Of a stretch of 64,000 nucleotides of DNA, positions 38,391-52,475 are shown in pieces. Position numbers and translations under genes: made by a program. The notes under the pieces were generated by a model. It was given only the letters and a program-made list of their open reading frames with translations. It searched no databases and was not told the origin of the DNA. The DNA is from Octopus vulgaris. Lineage: Eukaryota. The stretch is from NCBI GenBank assembly GCA_951406725.2, contig OX597814.1, forward strand, positions 209,684,001 through 209,748,000. The letters run 5' to 3'. The stretch's first letter is position 1, and every line of letters starts with the position of its first letter.

Positions 38391-41300
38391 ATGTTCGGAG
38401 ATAAATCTTTCAATACAAAAAACTACAAACGAATACAGATCTGTAGCCTTAAGAAGTTACGTTACGAGCCATGTTTACATGCAGAGAACTCGGTGACGGT
38501 GTTGCCTCAAAAAATTTACCCTAAACAGACACATCCGTCCCCTAATATCAATGTCGAAGCTCGTCATGCCTCAATGATAACAAAGCAAAGTACAAACCAG
38601 ATTGGTCGTCGACCAGGTCACAAAGCGCCACGTACTCGATATAGATCTGTTAGCCTTAAGAAGCTACGTTGCGAGCAATGTTTACATGCAGAGAACTCGG
38701 AGACGATTTTCTCTCTAAAAATTAACTATAAACAGACACATACGTTTCCTAATGCCAACGTCGAAGCTCGCCATACCTCACTGTTAACAAAGCAAAATAC
38801 AAACCGGAATGGTCATCGACCGGATTACAAAGGGCCACGTACTCGAATGATGAACCAGATTCGATACAAAAAATCAGCTACTGGTTCAAATCTTCCCGAC
38901 ACACAGGAGCTGGAAGTACCCCACAACCGGATATATTCCAACAGATGGCCATCCATGCTGGTCATCAAATAACCAAAAGACAAAGAATGAAAAATGGTCT
39001 AGAGAAGATAATAAAGAAATTCTTACAACCTTCTACCATGCCATATATTTCCCCACAAATAAATCAAATACTGTACAAACCTACTTAAACTGGAGACAGA
39101 AACACCTTGAAGTAAGACCCTACACAGACAGTAACAAACTTGCCAACGTCAGAAGAAATATTATTAAAAAATTACTAACTGAAGTAGAGATTGACCAAAT
39201 TAAACAAGCAGTAAGGGATAAATAGAACGAAGCTGCAGTTAAAGAAGATACTACAGAGGAAATAATTATAGACCAGCCCAGGGATGATGCAAATGCAGTA
39301 ATGATTGAAAGAGTTAATGTAAGTGATAGGCAAACGGAAATACTTCTGAACCAACCGTAAACACTAAGGCAGATGAAAATCAAATAGATGAAGAAAATCA
39401 CACAGAAATTGACCCAACAGAACTACATGATCTAAAAAATCAAATGAGTGAATGGCTAAAAATTAAAGAAACCAGTATGAATGAACGCGATACTCTCCCA
39501 AAAATTCGGAATTCTAACCAAAACCTGAAAATAATTGGTAAAATCCGCCTTGCACTTAAGGATATAATTTCAGCTAATGATGTTGATAGTACAGATCTCA
39601 ACCACCTGTACTATGCATCCGCGAAAATCTCAACGATTCTATGTGGTGAAAAGATTAGAAAACGACAACATTCTCACAAAAAGCTTTCTTGGCAAGAACG
39701 TATTCAATACCAAATGAAACTACTCAGGTCTGACATAACTCGACCTGCAAAAACGCGAAAATTAAAGAAACAATATAATATGAAAACTGTACTTGACATT
39801 GATACCACCATAGAAACCACCAAGCAAAAGGCATGTGCTAAAGCTGCCCGCATAGCAAAGTATGAAAAGCACGTTAGATTCTTCAAGCACATGTTCAAAA
39901 ATAACTCCAAAACTTTTTACAGGAAGATAGAGAAAATACCAATTACAGTAGTCTGTCCCATCAAAGAAAAAAGGTGCAGGAATTTTGGAATAAAATTTGG
40001 GCAGAATAAAACACATACAATGAAAAGGCCCCTTGGATTGATAGAATATCTGCAGATTAAGACTCCTTAGAGGAGCAAAAGTGGGAGGGTGTCAAGGTAG
40101 AAGATATAAGATCTGCTTTCAGGAGGTCAAGCAAATGGAAGTCCCCAGGAAAGTATAAAATTCTTAACTTCTGGTTGAATGCTTTCCCAGAGAGCCATCA
40201 ACTGCTAACAGAACTTTACAACATACTAGTATGATTCTCTCTTGGCTAGTTAATGGTTTAACATTCCTACTTCCAAAAAAGGAAGAAAAATATGAATCAA
40301 AACGTTATCGACCCATAACCTGCTTAACAACAATGTATAAACGCTAACATCTTCCTGACTGAATGTACTTATAGTTGCATATTCCCTAATGAGCAAAAAG
40401 TATGTAAACGTGGATCTTATGGTTGTAAAGATCAGTAAGATGATATTAGAAGATTGTCACAAACGACACAGAAACTTGTCAATTGCCTGGATAGACTATA
40501 AAAAAGCTGTTGATAGCCTACCACATAGCTGGATTAAGAAATGTCTGGAAATGTATAAAATAGCTCCTACTCTGCGAAACGTTTTGTCTATAAGCATGAA
40601 ATCATGGAGAACCACACTGACCATGAACAGTGACAATGAATCTCTAAATGTAAGAACTTCATGTAGCATTTTCCAGGGTGACTCACTATCACCACTCCTC
40701 TTTTATCTAACCTTAATACCTCTCTCAAAATTGCACAATGATGCACAATACGGTTATAAAGTGTTTGATAAAAATATAAATCATCTCATTTACATGGATG
40801 ATTTAAAACTATTTGCAAAAATATGACCAACAATTCAAGCGATTACTAACGGTTGTTAAACAATTCAGTGATGACATGAGGATGCCATTTATTTCGATAA
40901 ATGTGCAAAAGCTACCTTTATCAAAGGAAAAATGACAGAAACATCAAACATTAACCTTGACCAGCAGAATGTCATAAAAGTGTTAGAACCAGCAGATAAC
41001 TACAAATACCTAGGGGTAATTGAAGGGAACGGAATCAAACATTCAGTGATGAAGGAAAGGATCAGAAGAGAATGTTACCACAGGGTGAGAGCAATACTCA
41101 AGACAAAGCTGAATGCAAGAAATAGGATCGAAGCGATCAATGCCTTAGCCATACCAGTCGTGACTTACCGTTTCAATGTCATTAACTGCTCAATTACTGA
41201 AATATGTCATCTTGACAGAAAAATACGAAAACTGTTGACAATGCATAGAATGCACCACCCTAAGGCAGATACAGAACGACTTTATCTGCCAAGAAAAGAG

Positions 41301-42477
41301 GGAGGCCGTGGACTTTTACAACTGGCAATAACAATGAAGATTGCTACAATTGGCCTAGACACCTACCTGAAAAACTGAGGACTGGATGTTAAAACTTGTC
41401 TCAAAACATGAAAACAAGAAAGCATCATGCTCAGTAACAAAGCAGGCAAAGGAATAGCTAAATGAATTCTAAATACAACAAATTCCAGAATTAGACGTAC
41501 TAGAAACATGCGCAGAAAAAGCTAAGCGCATGAAAATCCGTGTTAAAACTGCTGCCATGGATATTCTGACTGATAAATGGCAAGAAAAACCGCTCAATGG
41601 CAAATACCCGAAGAGAGCGAATAATGCCGATGTTGACAAATCCATTACACATCAATGGCTAATGGCCTCTGGCTTAAAATCTGAAACAGAAGGGTTTATT
41701 ATAGCAGCCCAAGATCAATGCCTTCCCACAAGGAACTACCAGGCCAACATATTGAATAATGGCAGTATTCCAACATGTCGTGTATGTCAACAACAAAAGG
41801 AAACCATTCATCATGTTGTCTGCATGTGCAGTCTTCTAGCACCTACAGAATATCTCAACAGGCATGATAGAGCTACACGATATATTCACTGGGTAATTTG
41901 CAAAATCCTGGACGTGCCCCATGATAAAAACTGATGGAAACATAAACCACCTCCAGTACTTGAAAATGATCACATCTCACTTCTCTGGAACTTCACCATT
42001 CAAACTGACAGAAAGATAGATGCAAATAAGCCAGACAAAAATCATGCCTCCTCATTGATATGACTGTCCCAATTGATATAAACGTATCTGTCAAGACCTA
42101 CCGAAAACTGAGCAACTATAAAGATCTTGAAAGAGAAATTTGCAAAATGTGGAACCTGAAGACTACAACAATACCTGTTGTCATAGGTGCCCTCGGAATG
42201 ATAGCAAAAGAGGTTGATTGCTACCTAGCTCAAGATACCAGGAATCTTCAAAATGGCAGAAAATCACAAGATAATGCTCATGATACTGTCTATGGAATCT
42301 CAAATTTTAAAACAAACACATAATTTTCTTATGGTTTCTTAAACATTCTCTAGAACAAAACAATGTTCAAAGCCAAATATATGGCATAACACCAAAATGA
42401 ACTTCTAACTTGTTGTCTCTTGAGGTCTCTGTGTAAGACTTGGAGCCAACTTGTACAAATGCGAAGCAAAAGTCAAA

Positions 42478-42478
<1 letters not shown>
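38391..42478 (+). mobile_element. Near full-length R4/Dong-clade non-LTR retrotransposon (RT + CCHC + restriction-like endonuclease), pseudogenised
   Basis: WSREDNKEI, YRPITCL, AWIDYKKAVDSLPHSW, IFQGDSLSPLLF, HLIYMDDLKLF, YKYLGV, HPKADTERLYLPRKEGGRGL, CRVC..ETIHHVVCMC, RHD, NKPD, LIDMTVP and IPVVIGALG. Multiple frameshifts; ends in (AAT)n. Confidence 0.95.
38436..38848 (+). repeat. Two-unit ~205-bp tandem duplication in the LINE N-terminal coding region
   Basis: agatctg..agccttaagaag.tacgtt..gagc.atgtttacatgcagagaactcgg...ccacgtactcga occurs twice. Seen in the protein as SLKKLR.E.CLHAENS x2. Confidence 0.9.
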
Positions 42479-42637
<159 letters not shown>

Positions 42638-43049
42638 AAGGGAAGAAATATCAGCAATATGACTAAAAAGGTAATATTTGTTTCATTTCAATCGACCTGT
42701 AATTTTTGAAATAAGAAAATGTTATAAACATGATTAATTACCATCACATAACCAAACGAGTGTATAATCCCAGAAGAAAGTAAAATTAATTCTTTTGCAG
42801 ATGACGAAAATGATAACCCTTACTTGTAAGATCATCCTTGGAGTCAGTTTACAGAAAAATCAAAAAGGTGTACATTGTTTTAAATAAAATATTCATATCG
42901 TTCGGTTAACAGCGTATAATTAGAAGAAAACAATCTAATTAACAATGACACAAGACACAGCAACTGGATGAAGGTTCGTCCTTTATCATTTATTCATATT
43001 GCCATGAAGCAGAGATATAGATTGGAATACACATCTCTTTAACGTGCAT

Positions 43050-44330
43050 TTCGACATGACTAAGCAAAGAATATGTAAACACAAGAAATATCAGCTCGAA
43101 AGCAAAAATTAAGAAAGCATTTAGAAGAAAATTGCAATCGTATCAAAAGATACTAAATTAAGGAAGACATGTACAATACTTTTTTCTCTGGAAGTATGGT
43201 GTTGCAAGTAAACCACGTAACGCACATCAAGAAAGTGTTCAGGGATGAGATGCTGGGATTAACTATGGTGAAAAATTAAAATTCCAACAAATAAAATATT
43301 TCCAACGATATACTAAAATATCAATAGAAAAAGAAGGAAGATGAGGAAGGAAAATGTAACATTGAAATGCACAACAAGGAAATAAGAATTGATAAGTAAT
43401 GTCACAGTATCTTTAAGCTAATATTTAATCAAGATATCACTGCATATATTATAACAGAAAAGGTTAATTATATTTGAAAAGCTGTAAATGAAAACTGCTG
43501 AACAAATGAGCAACCTTTGTCGAAAGCTGGTAAAGAAAATTATCCCGAAATCAGAGAAAATCAACACGAGAATGAAAGTACATAAAGTTGCAAACTATTG
43601 GAAAAATACAAAAAGCATGGAGAAGTTCCAAACAGTAAAGAAATTGAAGCAAAAACACAGACAAAAGCAAACCAGATCAAAAGATAGAGAGAAGCGTTAA
43701 CACATCTTGAAACAAAATCAGCTATTTGATACCGAGCAGAAAATATTCCACCGAGAGCTAAATCAAAAGAACAGAATAGGACTAAGCTTGCTGAACAAAT
43801 TAGATAGCGTGCCATATAGTCAAAACTACAGATTCCCCATTGTGTAGTTGTGTAATGAGAAAAGCGTGTATAGTTGAAGAGAAATGGAAAGTGTTGCCAA
43901 TGCAACCTGGAAAAGCTTAAGTGGAATGAGAATGGAGATCTTGTGGGGATTTTAATGTGCATAATCAAATAACGCAATGCATTTATTATAAGAAGGAAGT
44001 ATATGATTAGACTTAGATCTCCTAGAAGAAAGGAAAGGCATGAAGAAAGATGAATAAATCCTGACCGCATTGAATTTAAGAGCAAAATGAAAATATCTGG
44101 TGTGAAAATGAGAAAATAATTCGAGTGATAATTGAGATATTTGGTGGAGCTAGCAAAATTTAAAAAAAAAGCATTAGAAAATAGTTAAACATTTGAAATA
44201 GATTTGGAATACATCCAGCGTTGTACTTTTCTCCACTGCAATCACAAAACTGAACACTTGAGTGATAAGACTGAACATTGAATTAAAATGTAAATATAAT
44301 TAAATAAAAGATAGTTTTGCCTTTATCTAG
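43050..44330 (+). mobile_element. Old, internally deleted R4/Dong-type LINE
   Basis: ISARKQKLRKH, DSPLC..CNEK, ENG..LWDFNV (frameshifted) and IIRVII motifs in the expected order. Confidence 0.55.
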
Positions 44331-44725
44331 GATATCCTTAACTTTAAATCTAAACCCAAACTTGACAATCAAAGTCAGCAAGAAACAAATTAAATCAGAC
44401 TTTAAAAAAATCAATGTGTCTCTGTTATTGGCCCGAGAGACAAGATGAAAGTGAAGTTACGAGCTGAGCACTTCATGCTAGGAAAGAGAAATGTGTGTAA
44501 AAGCCGTATAAAGGTATAAATAGTGTGTGGACGGTTCAGGAGAAAGAAAGCCAAGAAAAAAAGTAGAAGAGTGTAGAAAGTCACAAGACAGAAGATGAAT
44601 GAAAAAAAGGGTGAGAAAAAAATAACCACTTATCATTGCTTGCCTTCCGCATTTGTTCCATATGTTTGTTTCAAGGAGTCTCTCAATACCACCTTTCTTT
44701 ATCTTTCATGTGTAACTCTTTAATT

Positions 44726-45008
44726 GTGACTTATATTTGCCATTTAAATATGGCTAACCCCGAAGGGTGAATGCTACTGTAGTTTGTAGCCCCAGGAGGA
44801 CACCTCCTCCAGCTGGCCATAGACACACTTTCTGTGCCCTATCAGTGTTTGCAAAGGGAAGCTATCCTTCCGGTCTTCTTTGCAAACACTGATAGGGCAC
44901 AGAAAGTGCATCTATGGCCAGCTGGAGGAGGTGTCCTCCTGGGGCTACAAAGTACAGTAGCATCCACCCTTAGGGGTTAGACATATTTAAATGGCAAATA
45001 TACGTCAC
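44726..45008. repeat. Long palindrome (~130-bp arms 44726-44857 / 44878-45008)
   Basis: atttgccatttaaatatggctaacccc...gtgccctatcagtgtttgcaaag and its near-perfect reverse complement. Confidence 0.93.
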
Positions 45009-45094
45009 GAGGTGTTGTAGCTACTGTTTATAACTCGCTCTGAGATTTATTATTATCTTTAATTGTGGCACGCAAATTATAACGAATGCACTTG

Positions 45095-45230
45095 GCCTTG
45101 TGCTAGATTGTTAGGTTCACGACCATGATGTCCTGGATTCAATTCCTGGGCCGGGCCGTACGTTTTTAGTCCTTGAGCAAGGTATTTCATTTCAAATTGT
45201 TACAGTCTGCTCAACTGTAAATGAGTACTA
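45095..45230 (+). mobile_element. Degenerate CORE-type SINE
   Basis: ggattcaattcctgggccggg..gtccttgagcaaggtatttcatttca..ctcaactgtaaatgagta, similar to 8865-9000. Confidence 0.6.
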
Positions 45231-45631
45231 GTCAGCTTTTCTCTCTCTCCGTCTCTCATATCCTGGATGTGCTGTTGGTGTTATATATCTACTCACGACT
45301 ACGTAAGTACCTAAACAAATTGTCGTAATCGTCGTACATAATACCAAATCATACATGTTCGCGCGTAGTGTTTACTTCACATACAGTTATTCGATCTTAT
45401 GCTGTGACCACATCAACCTTAACATCTGGCCATCTAACTTCCCAGATTGCAACCCACTTGATTATTATCTGTAGGGCGCAGTTGAGCGAGAGACTAACAA
45501 AACTCCTTGTAACACAAGTGCTCTGCAAAATCTAGGTACGTGACAGGAATTACATGAGTTAGGACCTCAAATGGGAGACGTAGTTTATTATTGTCAAAAT
45601 CTGCCAGGTTCCAAAAGTGGGTACATATATA

Positions 45632-46050
45632 CTCTCTCTTTTACTCTTTTACTTGTTTCAGTCATTTGACTGCGGCCATGCTGGAGCACCGCCTTTAGTC
45701 GAACAAATCGACCCCGGGACTTATTCTTTGTAAGCCCAGTACTTATTCCATCGGTCTCTTTTGTCGAACCGCTAGTTGACGGGGACGTAAATACACCAGC
45801 ATCGGTTGTCAAGCAATGCTAGGGGGACAAACACAGACACACAAACACACACACACATACATATATATACTTATATGCATATATACGACAGGCTTCTTTC
45901 AGTTTCCGTCTACCAAATCCACTCACAAGGCATTGGTCGGCCCGGGTTCTATAGCAGAGGACACTTGCCCAAGATGCCACGCAGTGGGACTGAACCCGGA
46001 ACCATGTGGTTGGTTAGCAAGCTACTTACCACACAGCCACTCCTGCGCCT
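45632..46050 (-). mobile_element. tRNA-derived SINE family A, full length
   Basis: Minus head aggcgcaggagtggctgtgtggtaagtagcttgc..ggttccgggttcagtcccac. Confidence 0.93.
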
Positions 46051-46486
46051 ATCATTAAATAAATTGGAACTTAACTCATAATATGATTTCTTCATCACCA
46101 CATGTACTGCAGTTCCAATATTTAGATGTGTGAATTTCTTCTAAATACTCTGTTTAATGCACGCTATGATCTTAATTTTTCTCCCATGGGTCGTTTGCCT
46201 GTTGATACTCCAATATCAAGTTAAAATAAAAGTTGCAAACGAAATAGCAGTTTTCAAATTCTCTTAATCATCTGTTATTAATTACATGAACTTTATAGAA
46301 TTAAGTTACGAAATATATAATTGATATTTAGAGCGTATCTGCAACCCAACCTCATACCTGAGACAATGAACTGCTATAAACGTGCTGGAAAATAGCTTCA
46401 TGTATAACATGAACGATAACTGTTCAAGAGAATCTGACAGTTGGATAACCGTTCATTAAAAGCAACTCCGAGCCCTTTACGATTAG

Positions 46487-46581
<95 letters not shown>

Positions 46582-46637
46582 GGCATAATTAAATCTCAGA
46601 ATGAGATTGAAACAGTAATCGCTCGATAATGTAAAGT

Positions 46638-46686
46638 ATAGAAGCCATCTTATCATGTGGTTAACCATGATAAGATGGCTTCTATA
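46638..46686. repeat. Short palindrome in a (TA)n-flanked fragment
   Basis: tatagaagccatcttatcatg-tggttaac-catgataagatggcttctata. Confidence 0.85.
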
Positions 46687-46730
<44 letters not shown>

Positions 46731-46731
<1 letters not shown>

Positions 46732-47389
46732 CGATATAGTGTATATTTAAACACATAGAGAATCGACTTATAGGAATTATACGCGCTAGAAAGAACAGCT
46801 AAGTTCTATGACCACTGGAAATGTAAATTTTAATTGAATATTATTAATTTTAATTAAATTCCATTTCCCTTTGGTATGATTAAATACTGTAAGTTTTGGG
46901 ATAATTTTCGGTTAATAAGTTGGCGGTTTTTTATTGTAGCCAACGAAGGACTGCGTCTGCGCAGTAGATTTGAAAAGTTGGCTCGTATAAACACGAGACA
47001 GGAAACCGAGTTTGTCTTGTGTGGATATGTTTAACACTATGTTGGACCTGCTGAAGAAAATCAAACCTTGTGGGTTCTCCATGACTCGCTAAAAGATGAT
47101 TAGAAACCAATTGGTCCAGGAAACTAGATGGTAAAAGTTTTTCATCCCCAAATTTATTACTGTCGAATTTTATCCCGAATTTTTTGTGGTCATATAAATT
47201 AGCTGTTCTTTCTAGCGCGTAGAATCCCTATAAATGGGTTCTCTATGTGTTTAAATACACACTATATCGTATGGCTAATATATGGTCTTTTTGACTAAAA
47301 TTTTTTTACGCGTTAGACCACTGGAAATGTATATTTTAATTGAATGTTTTTAATTTTAATTAAATTCCATTTCCCTTTGATATGATTAC

Positions 47390-47392
<3 letters not shown>
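46731..47392 (+). mobile_element. Non-autonomous Penelope-type / retrozyme-like element, 506-bp unit with hammerhead
   Basis: Direct repeats 46810-46886 / 47316-47392. Inverted copy 46731-46813 of ~47187-47271. Hammerhead at 47047-47120, (TA)n flanks, no ORF. Confidence 0.82.
47047..47120 (+). ncRNA. Type I hammerhead ribozyme
   Basis: cctg CTGAAGA aaatca-[loop]-tgatt aGAAAC caattg GTC cagg. Stem I cctg/cagg, palindromic stem III accaattggt. Confidence 0.88.
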
Positions 47393-47442
<50 letters not shown>

Positions 47443-48863
47443 GTGTGTGTGTGTGTATACGCAACCATATATCACATACACACACACCCATGCACACACA
47501 CACACACACAAATATACATACATATATATATGTGTGTATATATATATGTGTGTGTGTCTGTATATATATATATATATACTTACACATATAAATACACATA
47601 AGCGCCTATGCAGGCAGGCCTATACAGAAATCTATACACATACCACTCATTTTATTCTGATATCACTTTATCAGTAGTTTTCTTTTCCCTATGTCTATTG
47701 TTTGTCTTTTCGTAATCCTTTTTAACTAGCTTTCTTAGCTCACCTAGTATCTGATAAACGGCTTCGTCTTATAAAACACGCTATCTCATATTAACAGATG
47801 CAATGCAATTATTTCGGTGACAAGGTTGTCGATGTGTAAAGAAACATTTTGACATCACATAATAGATCAACAAATAAACGAACAATAAAATATAACAGGT
47901 TTTTTGTATCTCCTTAAATGGCTGAAATGACTTTCTTGATGTAATCGTTACTTTCGTTTCTTCTTCTATTCAATTTTTTTCTTTGTCTGTATTGTTAAAT
48001 TGAACTGATCGTGTACATAGGTCTACGTAGTCGCTTAATCTGCTAGAAACATCAGTCACATGTCACTTAAATAATCACATAAAAGGAAAGGGTATATTGA
48101 ATGATTTTATCATAAATGTACAATTTTTGAATAAATTTCGGAATAGTTACGTCTGCTAAACCATTGCCCATTCTGGGTTAGCAACAACAAGGGAAGAGAA
48201 AGAAAGAAACCAGTTAAGTGTCGGATGTGGGGGGTAAAGAAGCAGCCGGCGATAGCGTAATGGACGAATGCTGCAACATTAATCACAAGAAATATGACAA
48301 AAGGAAGGAGAGGATGGTACAACAAATTCCTTCTGCGTTTAGTAGAAAATTGTGAACCAAAATACACAAGCAGTGGTTTTAAACGACTCAGCAAACCGCC
48401 TGTGTAATAGAGAAGCAGACATAATTGTTTAATAATAATATCCGCGATAAACCATTTCAAATATTCTTTTGATGTGTGGTATGCCTGAGTACTCTCCGTT
48501 TATGAGAGAGTTTGGAATTTGCAGAACATTATAGAAAAAATATAATACGTAAAGCATATGAAAGATAATCAATAAAAACTGAAGAAGTAAAGAAGAAATT
48601 CACCTAAATAAGGGTAGTACGCCAGAAGGTACCCAAGAATTTGACCATTCGGTGGTCAGTATCAATGTTCCCACAGGAAACTTTACTTTATCTACATTGT
48701 GTTCTCAGTCTTAAGACACATTCACCTGCAGTTCCCACCCTCTGGTGTAAATGGCATTTCAAGATAAAGATGACTTATTTGCAGAAAGGTAACTTTGTTC
48801 ACATTCTTTTGAGAATCGGTTAAAATATTGCAGTCAGATAACTGATACAAGTAAAAGAGTATA

Positions 48864-48923
<60 letters not shown>

Positions 48924-49155
48924 TATATTCAATGAGAATACAGTATACTAAATTTCGTATAAGTGTTCTTGGTAGAGAAATGTTAAAAACCTTAAAGATA
49001 TTTAGACATTTAATAAGAGCGATTATATATTATTAAATAAGAGCAGGAAAATTTACCTCAAAAAATCATCACAGAACATATACGTCCCAAATATTATTGT
49101 ATTAATAGATAGATTTATAAATATATAAGGAATGATTATTTCAAATTTTACAATA

Positions 49156-49230
49156 TCTTACGATCGTTTCATGAATGTATTGCCCTTCGAAATGAAATCA
49201 TTATTAGGTAATACATCCACTCGTCAGAGA
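49156..49230 (-). ncRNA. Type I hammerhead ribozyme in a pLTR remnant (48917-49330)
   Basis: Minus strand reads tct CTGACGA g tggatgtatt-[loop]-aatacattca tGAAAC gatc GTA aga. Confidence 0.85.
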
Positions 49231-49368
49231 AAAAGGGTGAATTTCCGTGTAGTCACTCGAATGTTATTTAAAATCATGTGATAAAGATGTTGTTTAAAAA
49301 CGTTTCTGCCATAGCTGTGCATTGGTACAATCTTGGGCTAAAAAGTTTGAAGAAATGATATAAAAACC

Positions 49369-49551
49369 GTGGTAAAATCCTCTGCAGTAATCCATAATGG
49401 CTGTGTGTATAAATCCCATAATTTCATTCTCTTCAATATTTTCTGCATTTATGAATCACATAATGGGGTGGAGCATATATTGAAGAGAATGAAATTATTG
49501 GATTTATATATACACAAAGCGATTATGGGTTACTGCAGAGAATTTTACCAC
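49369..49551. repeat. Inverted repeat (arms 49369-49439 / 49477-49551) just upstream of the PLE ORF remnant
   Basis: gtggtaaaatcctctgcagtaatccataat...tttcattctcttcaatat and its reverse complement. Confidence 0.85.
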
Positions 49552-49589
49552 ACACTTATATTATTTCTTCAAAATTTTCAGCCCAAGTT

Positions 49590-52434
49590 TGTATCAATGC
49601 ACATCTATGACAATCAAAAATCCAGAACTGACAATAATAGCAACAGCTACAACCTCAAATCTTATAAGAACCCTCCACACAACCCCTATCTCGAAAATTT
49701 TGAAGTGGATATGAGTAATTTAATTAGAAACATTAAATTCTCTAAATACAAATCCCCCTTTAAAAAAACGCTCAAACACCATTAAACGGATCATTGCATC
49801 CCCTAAATTACATGTCTTCTCGGACAAAGCAGGAAATATGTACCCCATTACCATTGAGGAATACAACAAATTCATAAAGAAAGAACTCAACAAATAATAC
49901 AAGCTAGAACCAACTTCTGCCCTTAATGAAATCAACAACAAGCACTGCAAACTTATGAGGAAATTACAATTGGATGACTGAACCGAACCATACTGCCTTG
50001 CATTTCCACACTTTAATCTCAAGAATCACAAGAAGGACTTTCAGTACGCCTAATATGCCCCACCAAATCCGACCTAGGAAGGGTAAGCAAAAATATTTTG
50101 GACAAAATAATACCATTCGTCAAGGACAAATTAAACGTTAACCTATGGTCCCACACTGGTGAATCTATTACATGGCTCCATCTTCTAATAACAAAAAACT
50201 CATATTCTTACCTACAATTCGACATAACTAATTACTATTCTTTTATTTCTCCTAAACTCCTTAATCAAGCTCTTCTAGCTAGGAACTTTACTAACCTAAC
50301 CCCACTAGAAATTAACATAATACTTAATGCCCACAAAACCCTTATTTCTTTCGAAAGCAAACTCTGGTGCCAGGCCAATAACCATAGCAATAACCATAGC
50401 AACCTATTCGACATAACCATGGAATCATCAGATTCAGTTCAGGCCACTGATTTAGTTGGACTATATATACTACATCAGTTCATATACACTTCCCTAACAT
50501 CAAGGGAGGCCTATACAGGGACGACGCTTTACTAGTTACTAAAAACATAAATAAATCCTCCTTAGAAAGAACTAGAAAGGATCTACATAAAATTTTCTCT
50601 AACCTAAACCTATCACAATCGAAAGCGCTCACAAAACTGCTAACTTTCTTGACGAAACTTTAAACTTATCAACCTCCCAATACTCCATTTACCACAAACC
50701 TAACCAATACCTTAACATACACTCCAATCAGCACAAATCCACTTTCGATAACATAATCAAGGGCATCTCAACCCGCATATCCGACCTCTCTTCCACTGAA
50801 GAAATTTTCGATAATCACGCACCATATTATAATCAAGCACTCGTCGCTAGCGGCTTTTCCCAACAATTAGAATACATCCATAACACCAGGCTCAAACAAT
50901 ACATATCTCAAATCACATCTCAAACACGCACAAACCCTCAAAATCTCAACCAACCACAAACACTCTTCGATGGAACCCTGGAAGGTCTTACACCTAGGCA
51001 ACTTAGACCACACACACATTCACTAGGTCAAAAACGAAAACAACTAAAACATCTAACAACAACAGGCCTCATCACTTACATACCTTCCCTTAAAATATAG
51101 ATAGCACTCCTATATCTAAAAACTTAGATAGCACTACTCCCAGACCCCCAAAAATGTGGTGGACACTCTATTCTGTGGTACACATCCTCATTCTCACCTA
51201 ACGTTAAGAACTTAGCTAAATCCTTCTTTAGAATATTAGACTCTAACTTCCCTCGACAACATAAATATCATTCTATCTTTAATCGATCCACCCTGAATCT
51301 ATCCTATTCTACGTCACCCAACTTCGAATTTATTGTAGCAGCCTCTAATAAGCAAAATCTTTCCCTTTGCTATCAAAACTCACACAACTACAACTCTAGT
51401 AATACGAACACTCAACACACACACAGCTCCAGCACAGATACCTTTACATTAGACCACAACCACAACCCAACCCATCCTACTGACACTGCTCGGAACACTA
51501 CCACAATCTCTAACACCCTTAAAAATAGTACAATTAATAACAATAATAGTAATAATAGCAATGATGGTAATGATAACATAAATAATACTAATAATATAGA
51601 ATTTTCTACCCCCTTCTATAACCTCTCCTCTGACGATATTACCTCCTCTATTACTGAACACAGTCCCCAAAATTCACCTAATTGTAATTGCCGTCCTGGA
51701 ACCATCTGCCCGTTACAAACCCATTGCAGAAGATATAATGTAATTTACAAAGGCACTGTCCTTAATCTATTACACAACTTTACAGCCATATACATAGGAT
51801 CAACCAAAGTTTTAAGCAAAGATATGCCACTCACCTCCATTCCTTTAGATACGATAAACATAGTAAATCTACAACACTCACCAACCACATACATCAACTC
51901 AAAAATACAAATATTGCCTATACTCTATCGTGGTCCATACTAGACTGAGGGCTTCCCTACCGAGATCAACGCTCAACCTGCAAAATTTGCCTGAAGGAGG
52001 CACTTCACACGAAACACAACTCTCCAGCACTGCTAAATAAACATAATGAGGCACTAAGCACATGCAACCACCGCATTTTTCACACACTCAAATTCTACCA
52101 CAAAACCAAATGCCTAAACGACCATACAATACATTTCCCCAATACCTATTAGGTAATCCCAATAACATTATAAATCTACATTTTAACTCCTAATCCCTAT
52201 CTAATTCCTCACTCATACTCGAATATCACAACCATCTAATTTTATTCGTGTGTATGTGTATCCATGCGTGTGCGTGTATAGGTGTGTGTGTGTGTGTGTG
52301 TGTATGTCTGCAAGGTATATATACGTACGTGTACAGGGGCAATAATACATGCAGATACACGTATATATGGGTGCGCATGTGTTCATATGCGTACCACTAA
52401 GAGTTGTGTATGTAGATATTGATTTGTATAAACA

Positions 52435-52475
<41 letters not shown>

